NCBI GenBank assembly: GCA_030141605.1
Contig: JAQGDQ010001070.1
Span: forward strand, 1-64,000
DNA from: Tubiluchus corallicola
Taxonomy: Eukaryota; Animalia; Priapulida
Length of the DNA stretch: 64,000 nucleotides
Direction: 5' to 3'
Shown: positions 41,701-53,133 of the stretch, one piece after another
Numbering within the stretch: position 1 is the first letter of the stretch
Layout of the letters: each line of letters opens with the position of its first letter
Translations under genes and position numbers: made by a program
The notes under the pieces: generated by a model
Told to the model about the DNA's origin: nothing
Database searches by the model: none
The model's input: only the letters and a program-made list of their open reading frames with translations

Positions 41701-44231
41701 CAACTGTGAAAAGCTAGAACTAATGAAACTAACAGCTTATATTTAAATCATCAATTAAGTTAAAGGTTAATTAATAGAAGGAGGAAGGCACTGAAAAATT
41801 TCTTGCTAACTGGGATTCGAACCTAGGACAAGCTGGCTTATCATAGTTTATTGTGTAGAATTTTATCATTGAGATAATACCAGCTAATTTTTTTACAGTT
41901 TTCACTTTAAAGGAAAAGTCAATTCACCGTCATGTTGGGTTTATTTTATTATTACAGGGATAGGAATTTTCCGCGCATACGCGGAATTCCGGGTTTTTGG
42001 AATTTTTGTAAATCGCGTAAATTCGTTGAGAAAATTTTTACGGACCCAGTACATTATTTCACAAGCTGACCGCTAGTTGGCAGGCCGTCACTTTGTTTAC
42101 ATCACGTACATCAGTGTAGCCACGTGTATATCTCTATGTATAAAAATATAGGATCAATTGTGCGGAGTTATTTGAGTCAATTGCAGACAGTTTTTATTTA
42201 CTTTTGCATAAGAGTGGCCAGTACTTAGGTGTTTTTGAGACAATTAGGTATCATGTATCCTTGATAATTGGGTATTTTGAATTATGCATGAAACAAGGTA
42301 ATTGATATTTTAAGTCCACTTAGAGGCTCTCTATGGTCACAAAATTGCAATTTGTTGCTGGCTGCAATGGGGCTTTGCCCCCTTAACCCCCACTCGGCCC
42401 CCAAACCCCCGGCCTATTTCAGAGCTTTTTGCAATTTGTCACTCTCATCCCAATTATTATGTCACTTAAACTTTGAAAAATATAATAACTGAATTTGGAA
42501 AAAATTCTATAAAGCATGAAGTTCATTTATGCTACCCGTCTATAGGAACTTTTAGGCACCTGGTAGCCTCTATTCTCTTGAAAGTTATGACACAATTGTT
42601 GGATTTCGTGGCTTTTTGATTTTTGAAAGTGCATCGTAGTCTTTGGTAAGCTTAAACTAATTCAAACTTCTGCAGCTTACCCCTGCAGCTTCTGCACGAA
42701 AATAGCTTTCGAATTTTTTGCAAAAACTTATTGTACATTAGGCAGAAATTGGCAGCGCGCTACTTTTCTTCAGAACGAATGACATCATTGGTGGAAGAAT
42801 GAGCATTCAAAATGGGAGCACCCAAGCGTGAAATTATTACGACTTTAAAGTGATTTTACTAGTTACACAATGAGCTTATCGCACTTTCATTACTAAATCC
42901 ATCTAAAATTTTGTGCGAACATTAAAATAAGACTTAAGTTCCCAGAAGTCTTGATCTTTCCTTTAAATAAAATACTTTTTTGGATAATAAAACAAAGTTA
43001 TTTTGTGTTTTTAGAACTTTTATTGGTGAGCCGATCCCTTACGATCCCAGAGTTGCAGCTAATTACCTGGCTTTGCAGGTGAGTTAATTATCATCAATAT
43101 AAACATAACTCCAGTCTAGCCTTGTTATCTCGCCCCTCGTTATGCCGCCAAACTCGTCTCTCGCCATAGAAAGTACCAGGACGGATTTCCTGCTTTGATA
43201 TTTACCTCGTTAAGTCGCCACCCTCGCTTCTCGCCCTCGCCACGTCATGCTAGGATGAGTGCTTATGTAAACTATATTCGTTATGTCGCCAAACAGACAA
43301 ACTCGGAGGTGAATCGATCAATACATATACCGCGTGTCGATCAATATAACAGCGGTATGTAGACAATGCTGCTGTACTCAATAGACAGACATAATTAATC
43401 TGATTTGATTAGGAGTGCTGTGGTTGGTTAATGCACAGAGAAACTAAAGCGTCACCGATATCCTTACTCTATAACACCTAAATTTATTGCATTTAAGTGT
43501 ATACTCGAAAAAGGTTTTTTAAATAAAAAAGTAACATTCTAAGATTATTTCTATGACATTTTTTCATTTCTGATTTAATGTTGATTGGTATCATAATTCG
43601 AAATATATTTTATATGTACATAGAGGAACACTATGTTAATCAACTATTATGTATATACATATAGACTAACTTCGTTATATTCCTGTTATCTCGCCATACT
43701 CGCCTCTCGCCAAAAATTTGCCCTAGACGGACAGTGGCGAGATAACGAGGCTAGACTGTATTTTCCTAATGTGGAAGATGCATATAGGAGATCTTAGCTT
43801 TTATATCTGGCTAAGATTGTTGCTACTGAAATATTTTTATTAGGTATTGTTTTTTGTTATTATGTCAAGTAGTTGTGAGCATACTATAGCAAAATATACG
43901 CGTATTTCATTTATGAAATCAGAAAACTTAATCCGTTACCTTTCATTTTAGTGCTCGGGTGAAATGCATTTCTTTCATTATGTAGGCTAAAGCTGCAATA
44001 GAAGATCTCGTTGATTCTCACCAGAAGTTACCTGGCAGCATTGTTAGAGCATTGTTCGAGAGAATTTACTACAAACCAAAATGCCATCAAAAACAATTGG
44101 TGCACACGGGCGATGCTGATGGTGCATACGGTGCCGCTGAGTCAGACAGTGCCACGTTGGTAGAGGGGACTACACAAGTAACGACTACGCCTCTTTTGAG
44201 TCAAAGTGATGCTGACGACAAGGACAGGTGA
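32791..44231 (+). CDS. TMEM68: TMEM68/DIESL acyltransferase, ~370 aa, 9 coding exons (start codon uncertain)
   Basis: Exons 32791-32990, 34177-34277, 35648-35815, 36319-36380, 38205-38336, 39791-39854, 40686-40761, 43015-43078, 43986-44231 are phase-consistent. HGWIWHGY, catalytic YHGAIPVD (HxxxxD), PGGVRE, GFAK, PIFTMNVREAF, FIGEPIPYD, HQKLPG. Confidence 0.95.
33268..33530 (-). mobile_element. tRNA-derived SINE, copy 1
   Basis: Minus strand: A-box TAGTCTAGTGGT, B-box GAGTTCGAAACC, core GGTCATACCAAAGACTTTAAAAATGGTACC, (ATT)n tail; flanking CTCATGATGATGAT duplication. Confidence 0.88.
33705..33930. repeat. 20-bp minisatellite x~11
   Basis: AATTTGGTGGAAAATATGAC units. Confidence 0.95.
34307..34540. 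repeat. 21-bp minisatellite x~11
   Basis: TGCTTTAGAAATTTACAAAGTT-type units. Confidence 0.95.
35058..35400 (-). mobile_element. Solo LTR, copy 2
   Basis: GTTAG|TGTTG...CAACA|GTTAG with 5-bp TSD; homologous to 4159-4528; AATAAA on the minus strand. Confidence 0.85.
36583..37958. repeat. 48-bp minisatellite, ~28 copies, with higher-order structure
   Basis: CATGGTAAGCTTACTTGCCAAATAAAAGACTCGTATAATAATATATGC; a 47-bp variant (TTGCAAATAAAACACTC) recurs at ~36837, 37172, 37651. Confidence 0.98.
38845..39549. repeat. 38-bp minisatellite x~18 inside a dispersed element
   Basis: AATGTCAAAATGGCTGCACCTAATGCCAAAATAACTT units. Confidence 0.95.
40162..40549. mobile_element. 5'-truncated hAT-type MITE (same family as 44648-45042)
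   Basis: Shared internal AAGGCCTAATAACGATTTTTTTGCATCCGA; end TTTGCACACCCCTG. Confidence 0.75.
41095..41364 (-). mobile_element. Candidate solo LTR, second family
   Basis: ATATA|TGTGGTA...TACTTCA|ATATA; minus-strand AATAAA. Single copy in an AT-rich context, so less certain. Confidence 0.5.
41911..42962. mobile_element. Kolobok-like non-autonomous element
   Basis: TTAA|AGGAAAAGTCAA...TTGATCTTTCCT|TTAA; the 3' end is homologous to ~61895-62056. Confidence 0.65.
43112..43758. mobile_element. pogo/Tigger-type MITE
   Basis: CAGTCTAGCCTTGTTATCTCGCC ... GGCGAGATAACGAGGCTAGACTG|TA. Confidence 0.85.
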
Positions 44232-44618
44232 TGCTTGATTTCTCTCTCACAGCTTCCTCTCCAAATCGTGGAATGTCGTAACACCTGAACTGCACAGTGA
44301 TTTTACCTGCACAGGAGTGTTGTGAATGCGTCTTGGTGTGACATGGCTTCTTCCATCTAAACATGATAATTGTGATTTGACAACACAGAATTTTAACTGA
44401 GTTTGTTACTTTATAGTTCAAAATACATTTCACTTCACTTCATAAATCTACCTTGTCGCGAAGTTAAATGGATTCATTAAGTCGCGTGATTTACAAACCG
44501 AAGAAACCCATTAAGTAACGTTTTCTATGGTAATACAGTGTTTGTTGTTTATTTATGAAGCCAACTCTCTTAACACTTGGTAAACTGCTTACGAAAAGGT
44601 TTTGACTAAAGTGCAATA

Positions 44619-45771
44619 CAGTAAGTGCTCGCTTAATGACGCTAATGCAGGGGTGTGCAAATTATCTGACAAGCCGGGCCACATTAAACTTTCCCGCAAT
44701 TCCTGTGGGTCACATGCAGTTTGGTCAAGGAGCCAAGTACAGAAAGGCCTAATAACGATTTTTTTTTGCATCCGATTTGCGCACATCATTACTACTGCAC
44801 TACTACACTCAAGAAACTATTTTAGAAGTTATTAAAATTTATATTAAAAACAATCTATTTCCTCATGTCCGACAGTGACATTAAGTGACAACGGTCTTGT
44901 AAGGGTTAATGCCATGTGATCTAGAGTAAAAAACTACCTGCACTATCTTTGCGATATTGGCACAGACTTCAGCTGGATCGCGTGGGCCGCACTTTCATTA
45001 CGTTGACAAACCTCTTCGTGGGCCGCAGTTTGCACTCACCTGCGCTAATGCATTCCAGCAAAACGACACATTAAGCGAAACGTCGTTAAACGAAACCAAA
45101 ACTTCTATAGAAAACAGCGTGAAAGAATTGGGATGCCTTCCAGAGTCAAAAATTATTCCTGTTTAGAGCACGCAAATTAAACGTTTTATGAGTTTTATTC
45201 ATATTTCTACGCATTAATTTCCTTCTGTTTGCTTGAAACCACATGGCTTTCTTACCAATAGCTACTAGCTAGACTTGCTAGCGGGATTTATCACGCGTAA
45301 TGTTGAAGCTTACATATATGCAATTAGCAGTTAAACACTGTGTTTTGAAAGCCCTGGAGCATACTTGTGAAAATTTCACTAATACTATAGTCTGGTTGCC
45401 ATAGCAATGGGTTGCAGACAAAATTCCTTTTTAGAAAGTTTGGCAAGCTTATGAACCGCAAACCGACGTCGCTTGATACAACCGGCTGGTGTTTAGTAGT
45501 ACGTGCTCGGTGGGGAAGCAAGAAACGTACAATAATTGTACTGTTTTACATTAGCGGGTACGTTTCTAGAACAGAATAATACATTATGCGCTGTTTTAAT
45601 GCTTCAAATTAGATAAAATTTTCGTAGATAAAATGAAAAGTTGGCTTTCTGCCAAGTAAAAAAATTGTCGTTAAAATGAAACGTGCATCGTTAAGTGAGA
45701 AGGTGTCAAACGTTCAGCGCCATTAAAATAAAACGTCGTTAAACAGGGAGTCATTAAGCGAGGACTTACTG
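44619..45771. mobile_element. pogo/Tigger-type MITE interrupted by a hAT MITE
   Basis: TA|CAGTAAGTGCTCGCTTAATGAC ... GTCATTAAGCGAGGACTTACTG|TA. Confidence 0.85.
44648..45042. mobile_element. hAT-type MITE (nested)
   Basis: 8-bp TSD CGCTAATG; ends CAGGGGTGTGCAAA / TTTGCACTCACCTG. Confidence 0.88.
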
Positions 45772-45988
45772 TAATTCATTAACATTCGTATGATTGAATG
45801 ACTCACGCAAAATATATTTGATGCTATTACCGTTCATATACCATAAACAGTTTGCCAAGTTAAGAAAATGCAATTCACTTAACTTTAATATTCAGCAGCC
45901 ATTATTGTTTAACCTGATCAAATCTCCCGTCTTGTGCTTGACAGATGCTTCTGCTTTGCAAAGTGTAAATTAGAATTATTGAGAACTA

Positions 45989-46195
45989 GTGACTCAGTAC
46001 GTTGGGTTTATTTTACTTTCATCACTTAAACTGTTTGTAGTGTGCTAAAGGAAAGAACAAGTGACTCAGTACGTTGGGTTTATCTTACTTTCATCACTTA
46101 AACTGTTTGTGGTGTGCTAAAGGAAAGAACAAGTGACTTAGTACGTTGGATTTATTTTACTTTGATCATTTAAACTGTTTATGGTGTGCTAAAGA
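45989..46195. repeat. ~73-bp tandem repeat x3
   Basis: GTGACTCAGTACGTTGGGTTTAT units. Confidence 0.85.
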
Positions 46196-46364
46196 CAATG
46201 AATTACGTGGAAAAAACGCAAAGGTGTGAAAACGTAGTTGGAACAAACAAGCTGATGCAGTTCAAGTTAAAGACCACATGGTCTTATGCGGCAACATTGT
46301 TGTTTAGTAGCGAGCAATGTGGATTTACGAAGTGAAGTTTGAATGTAATGAACGACAGATTTTA

Positions 46365-46637
46365 ATAATAAAATAATAATAATCTTTATTTAAAGTCGGC
46401 TTTTGGGTCAACAATTAACATTAGCTCAAAGAGCTATTATCGCCGACTGTAAATAACAATCTACAACTGCATAACAGAGACTATTATTACCCCACTTTTA
46501 CCCTATATACCACACGTCAGGCAGGGTAACACCAGGTACCATTTTTAAAGTCATTGGTATGACCCGGCCACTGATTCGAACTCACGACCTCTCAGACAGA
46601 AAGCAGACGCATTACCACTAGACTAAACCGTCTGGTC
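46365..46637 (-). mobile_element. tRNA-derived SINE, copy 2
   Basis: Full-length homologue of 33268-33530 with A/B boxes and (ATT)n tail. Confidence 0.88.
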
Positions 46638-47394
46638 TAATATATATTACTTGATCATAGCATTGTACAGCATGGTGGCCACGATAAGCCGTTGCATTTA
46701 TTATTCATGGATTTATTAAGCGAATGTTTGTCAATAACGGCACAGTGTCACATGGCTTCTGTCACCTGTGTTGTGACTAGTCACTAAATTAACCTGCATG
46801 GTGTGATGATACTATTTGTCTTGTTAATAACGTCAACAATTTTGTTTCCCGTAAGTGGAGAATTTCTGTTATATAACAGATTTTTACAACAAGAAGTCAT
46901 TTTGTAAAATGGTGTCGTGTTTCTCAATTTCTCTTCATTATATGTGTGCTTGCACAGCAAAAACATTCGGACATCGGCATCTAAGCTTCTCTCGCTATGC
47001 ACACATTTTTAATCCCCATTTAGTGAGGATCATTTTTGATACCAAACTCATCGCTGTATGTCATTTCTAAGCTGAAATAATCCTCGTTGAGGCTGAGGCT
47101 CATGCTACAGAAAAAACCACAAACAAAATGGTGGCTTCCGCGAGCTACAATCGGTGTTTGAAAATACAAGTTTTTCACAATTGCAGTACTAGTTTTTTGG
47201 CAGAACGGCAGGTAAGGGGTTGTAAAATTAAATATTTTGCATTTTTAGAACAGTTTCTAGGCAATTTGATGCGAGAATATAAAAGCATAATATATTTAGC
47301 ATCTATATTTGTAAAAAACAAAAAATTCGATGTGATTTTTGACTCTTTTGAAGCGTCACAGTGTAGCTTTAACTGTACCGACTTGTGGACAGTT

Positions 47395-47803
47395 ATGGTT
47401 TGCAAGCACACATATAGATGTTTGATTGAGAACATATGGTTTGATTAAAAACATATAGATGTTTGATTCAGAACATGTGGTTTGATTTAGAACATATAGA
47501 TGTTTGATTCAGAACATATGGTTTGATTAAGAACATATAGATGTTTGATTCAGAACATATGGTTTGATTAAGAACATATAGATGTTTGATTCAGAACATA
47601 TGGTTTGCAAGCACACATATAGATGTTTGATTCAGAACATGGTTTGATTAAGAACATATAGATGTTTGATTCAGAACATATGGTTTGATTAAGAACATAT
47701 AGATGTTTGATTCAGAACATGTGGTTTGATTTAGAACATATAGATGTTAGATTCAGAACATATGGTTTGATTAAGAACATATAGATGTTTGATTCAGAAC
47801 ATG
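47395..47803. repeat. 43-bp minisatellite made of two related half-units
   Basis: AGAACATATAGATGTTTGATTC + AGAACATATGGTTTGATTA units. Confidence 0.92.
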
Positions 47804-48215
47804 ATAGCAATTCAGTGTTTATATTTTCATTTAGTGTCAGAAACTGATTGTGATCAAAGCCTCTATTATAGTTAAATTGTCTGTATTTCTCCCCTGTCCA
47901 ATCTCTTGCTGATTAGATATTGTAAAAGTAGTTCCGTATAAAAAATGTTTAGAATAACATATTAGCAAGTACATCTGCATAGATTCTGTCGTCCCAATAG
48001 TTTGACTGCCGCTGAATGTCATGTTTTGCACATTTCTTGCATTTTTTGCCCCCTCAACTAATGAATTTAATGGGACAGAATTTTTACTGTAGCTAGTTGC
48101 ATTTACTACATTGTGCACAGCCACTTTTTAATACTAGTTTACCCAACACTGGTTTGTAGAGAAGTATTTTTTCGGTTTTGATCATGTACTCAAATTCTAG
48201 CTGGTACAATTAGCA

Positions 48216-48861
48216 CAGTCATTTGCAAAAGTTTAAGACCAAGCCCGAGTTTTCGGGATTTTCATCGTACTGTACCCCGATTACATCTGATTCTTTGTTG
48301 ATTGCATCATACTGCTACTGGTTTGAAACAGCACGTCTAGTGAGTATGAGTGACTCATTTGCCTGCCGCTATCCATACAGATCGGCCGTTTTTGTATTTT
48401 TCTTGTGATCCAAAAAAGTGGACAAAAAATCGTCATTCTGTGAGACTCAGAGGGTTCAAATCGTGACTTTACATCAAGAAGGATATACTGAAAGGGCGAT
48501 AAGTGCTAGATTACGGTTTTCCAACACAGCCGTGCACCAAGCAATCGTCAGATTCGAGACTGATGGCAATTACAGCGAAGGGAAACGGTCTGGACATCCG
48601 CGGAAGACTACCCAAAGAGACGACTACATCATGAGACGCATGGTGGTACGCTCGCCTCTTGATTGACAACTTCGGCGGCCATACAAAGTACTAAAATGTT
48701 CAAGGACTGTGACTATTTTTGGATAAAAACATACAAACTATGCTGTAGTATATTTTCCTAGAAGAATAAATGAATAGTTTTTAGATGAAACCGTGTTAAA
48801 CGATGGTTTTGTCAATTTCCATGAAAAAATCAGTTTGGTCTTAAACTTTTGCAATTGATTG
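48216..48861 (+). mobile_element. Internally deleted Tc1 transposon
   Basis: TIRs CAGTCATTTGCAAAAGTTTAAGACCA / TGGTCTTAAACTTTTGCAATTGATTG. ORF 48418-48666 encodes a Tc1 paired-type HTH plus RSGHPRKTT (GRPR-like); no DDE domain. Confidence 0.88.
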
Positions 48862-49769
48862 TAGCTATCCGTTAATTAAAGTACAGTGGAAGTGCGTTTT
48901 TTGTTTTGTCGTGATCATGCACGGAATGAAATTTTTTGTTCCCCATCTTTATTTAGTCAAACACTTGGCGACTTTCTTTTATAAAAAATATGCTTATGAG
49001 AAAGTTTATTTACAGTCCTCCAAAAATTTGTGCAAATTTTGGTTGTAGTTAACTGTGAATGAAATAATTAAGTTACTATAATTAGTTCTAAGGAAGATAT
49101 TAATTTTTTTCCGCGAAACTTAATGCTATGGTGATGTTTATTGTTAGGCGTCCTGTTTATTAGAGTACTTATTAGAGTTGAAGTAATGATCTTCAACACA
49201 GAGAGATGTGTTTATGACAGCCATCTTACCTAACCTAATCTGACCATAGTAAATTAAAAAACACAATAGGTGGCAGCACCTACTTAGTCAAAACATTAAT
49301 TTGCATGGTAATGCTTATTACGGCTTTACACTGTTGCTTTTCAGAAACCGGGACGGGGTGAAAAGAGGCACGATTTCCACAAAGAGAAACGGGAACGTCT
49401 TAATAATTAAGAAGGAAGACTGACTTTAGAGTAGTAATATTCATCAGCATCCTATTTTTTGCAAATTATAATTATGAAGTATTATGTTTTGGAGGAATAT
49501 TCTATGCATTACTAAGGCACCTCTTTCATTGTTGTGCTTGTGATATTAATGATTGTTTTTTGTTGTTGTTGCAAAGCGTGTAAACAAGTATAAAATTATT
49601 TATAAACTTTTGTGGTTTAATGTGAGATATTATAGATACGTTATAATGATATTATTTATAATGTAAAACTATATACATAGTTTCATTTATGAATTAAAGT
49701 TATTTTGTTGCAATGATTTTTGTAAAAAAAATTATGTACGGTAAATAAAGAGAGACAAAATTCTCAAGG

Positions 49770-49975
49770 GAAAACAAGCTAGCACGTGATTGATTGAAAA
49801 CAAGCTAGTACGTGATTGGTTGAAAAAAGCTAGTACGTGATTGGCTGAAAGAAAAAGCTAATACGTGATTGGTTGAAAACAAGCTAGTACGTGATTGGTT
49901 GAAAACAAGCTAGTACGTGATTAGTTGAAAACAAGCTAATACGTGATTGGTTGAAAACAAGCTAATACGTAATTG
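49770..49975. repeat. 25-bp minisatellite x~8
   Basis: GAAAACAAGCTAGTACGTGATTGGTT-type units. Confidence 0.92.
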
Positions 49976-50315
49976 TTTTGGCACATACGTCATTTATAAA
50001 TCAAACTTATTTCTTAGTTCAACTCTTTGTCAAGTTAATATTTCAAGCAGTGCTGGAGAAATCTGTTTCACGAGAGATTGTTAAGTCTATTTGCTACGTT
50101 TATTTCCATTCTTAGTGTTGCTCTTGTATATCACGTCAATGTAGTAATATCGTAATTCAATTCAACTCAATTTATTGCGCAAGTATTCAGTTGGCATTAC
50201 ATATATTAGCAAGTATAAGATATAAAGAAAAGTAAATATACGTAAAACTACAGATTACAGCTACATTATAAAGAACATTACAATTACATAATATTTACAG
50301 GGCCGGCCTTAAGCA

Positions 50316-50577
<262 letters not shown>

Positions 50578-51239
50578 CGCTGTCCCATGATAACTGAAAG
50601 TGGTATTAGATATTATAGAGCTTTACAAGTGACTAATATTAACACGAGACCCGCTAATTCGTTGAGAATTTTACATTGAAAATAGGCATATGCAATTTTT
50701 CGTTTCACATACATCCCACTGTATAATGATTTTTTAGCTTTGTATTAAAAAAATCCAAGGTTTCCGGCATTGGCAGTCGTTGTCAGGGCATAGTGAATGA
50801 AACCCGGAACTACGAGTATCTATCAAACAATAGTCACAGAGGAAAGAAGTAAATGCTGTTTCTTCCTCACTTTTTGTCACATAATGATTGTTACATAATG
50901 AGACAAAATTTTTTACATAATGATTGTAAAAGAATGATGTGAAGTTTGATACAAAAGGACAAATTTTGTGATTTTTTTTATTCTTAATGGTTTCCTGCCC
51001 GTCAGTGGATTTACGTAGACACATTTTTCATAATTCTGACTTTCAATAAAGTTTCTATGCATTCACGTTAAAAGCTATTTTCTAAAATTGCATAAAAATG
51101 TCTAAAACTACAAAAATAAAACTCATCGCTAAATTCGGTCTATCCGCCTCTATTGTACGGGCTAAACTCGTGGTTGTTTCATTACAGTAAATTTCAAAAG
51201 TTTCTAAAACACGTCCGGTTGATCGCTTGACCACGTTGT

Positions 51240-51410
51240 TGTTATTCACAGATTAAACGGTGAATAACCCCGACGATAAAAATAATTAGGAAGTCGTAAT
51301 GGTAGTTATTCACAGATTAAACAGTGATACACCCCAACGATAAAAATAATTAAGAAGTCACAATTGTAATTATTTACAGATTAAACAGTGAATAACCCTA
51401 GCGATAAAAC
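51240..51410. repeat. ~66-bp tandem repeat x3
   Basis: GTTATTCACAGATTAAACAGTGAATAACCC-type units. Confidence 0.8.
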
Positions 51411-51668
51411 TGATTATAAACTCACAATGACAGCTCGGAGCCATTCACATGCAAAGAGTTCTTTATCTCTCTCATATTTTATGCTTGTTAGACTAAGTCT
51501 ATTATACTAGTTTATATGTTGAGAACATATTGATTTTTTATACGATTGTACCAGTACGTACACAAAATCGTGACCACTAGGTCGTGTTTATTCGCCGTCA
51601 GTGTTTCCTTCCCATACTTGCTGTTTTGCAGTTTTTTCTACTTCCTGAAGTGTTAACATTATTGAAAA

Positions 51669-53095
51669 ATGATGTCCAGTAAATGGGTAAATATATATAC
51701 TTAAATATACAGCAATATTGATAACTTCATTCTACTAGTATTAATTTAGTTTTAGTTTACTTTTTTCGTATCTATTAGTACATAAAAAGGCATTTATAGG
51801 ACACACTGAACAAAGCTACTTAATGTGTCTATAGAATTTAAGTAAGTTTATTAGTTTATCACCATTTTTAAAATAGCAAAATACATAACTAAGAGATTTA
51901 TAAATCTATACAACATACAACAATATTACAAAGTGCAAAAGTAATTATTGATTAGTGGTGAAAGGGTGGCGAAAGAACTATAAGTTATCGAGGTCAGCCA
52001 CCCTCTCAGGATTGTTACTAATATAATTAATTAGTTAATGCGCATGTACCAGGTAATTAAAAATTATCAGATTTTGCATTTAAGACGAATGAAAATTGAA
52101 TTATTATACGAATGTGTTAGTTTATAATAAAATAATGTTCAATAATGGGAAAGAAGAGACACACGTGACTATCTTAAAATAATAATTTTGCCATTGCGTA
52201 TTTAAAATTAATATTATGAGGACCTAGAGCCAAAGGAAGAAAAAACAATTAATTTCCCGCTTGTAGCTAGCAAAAGTGGATAAACATGTATGTTTAGTTA
52301 TGAAAAAAAGAGTTGAAAGAAAAGTATCTTAAAATTCTTTAGGATTAGCGTTCATTATTGCATAATATTAAAGTCTAAAGATATACAAAAGGTGTACCTT
52401 ACCTCCATAACATACATTTAAGCTGCAATGCTTACTGAAGAATTTGTATAGCGTGACATAAATATATATTTATATATATATAGCTTACATAAAGCTTAAA
52501 AAAGTCTTTCAAGCAGGTAAACGAAATGCTGAGTAATATAACTTTGCATGGAAACTTTTTGGGACATAGTTTAGCATTTCCTTTTCTTCCCCTGATTTAC
52601 GTTGTGCGTATATGACGTCTTGTAATGGCGCGGCCGGAAGAGGATTGCGGGAGATTTAAATTGAAAACAAACAAAAAATACTTTTAATGCGAATACGAAA
52701 TATGCCTAAAATTGCTATAAACTAATGTAATTTTTTAAGGTACTTTTTCTGAAATCTACTTCAGCCACCCCTTTTCTTGTCCTTTAACGTTACATTTCTA
52801 TCGTTATTTCGTTTTAGTTTGAGCCAATTGTTAGCGGAACTGCAATATTTTTTTGCTTAGTTTCAATACTTTGTACAGACGCGCACTCTTACCACAGACA
52901 GAACATACATTCGAAACGTAAGTATAACTTTGTGCAATTGTTGACAATGAAAGTGTATTACCGTAACGAAAAAAACATAAATCGAATTTCGGTATGTGTG
53001 TTAGGAACCAGGTGTGAAAGAGAAAATTCTTTATCATCATCTTCATCATCACCATCAGTATCATCATCATTGTCATCACCGTCATCATCATCAAG

Positions 53096-53133
<38 letters not shown>

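Noticed and set aside
51750-52430. Possible decayed CR1/L2 LINE 3' ends (also ~58050-58780, ~60300-60460)
   Set aside because: Tail-like sequence is suggestive, but I could not read any reverse-transcriptase motif with confidence.
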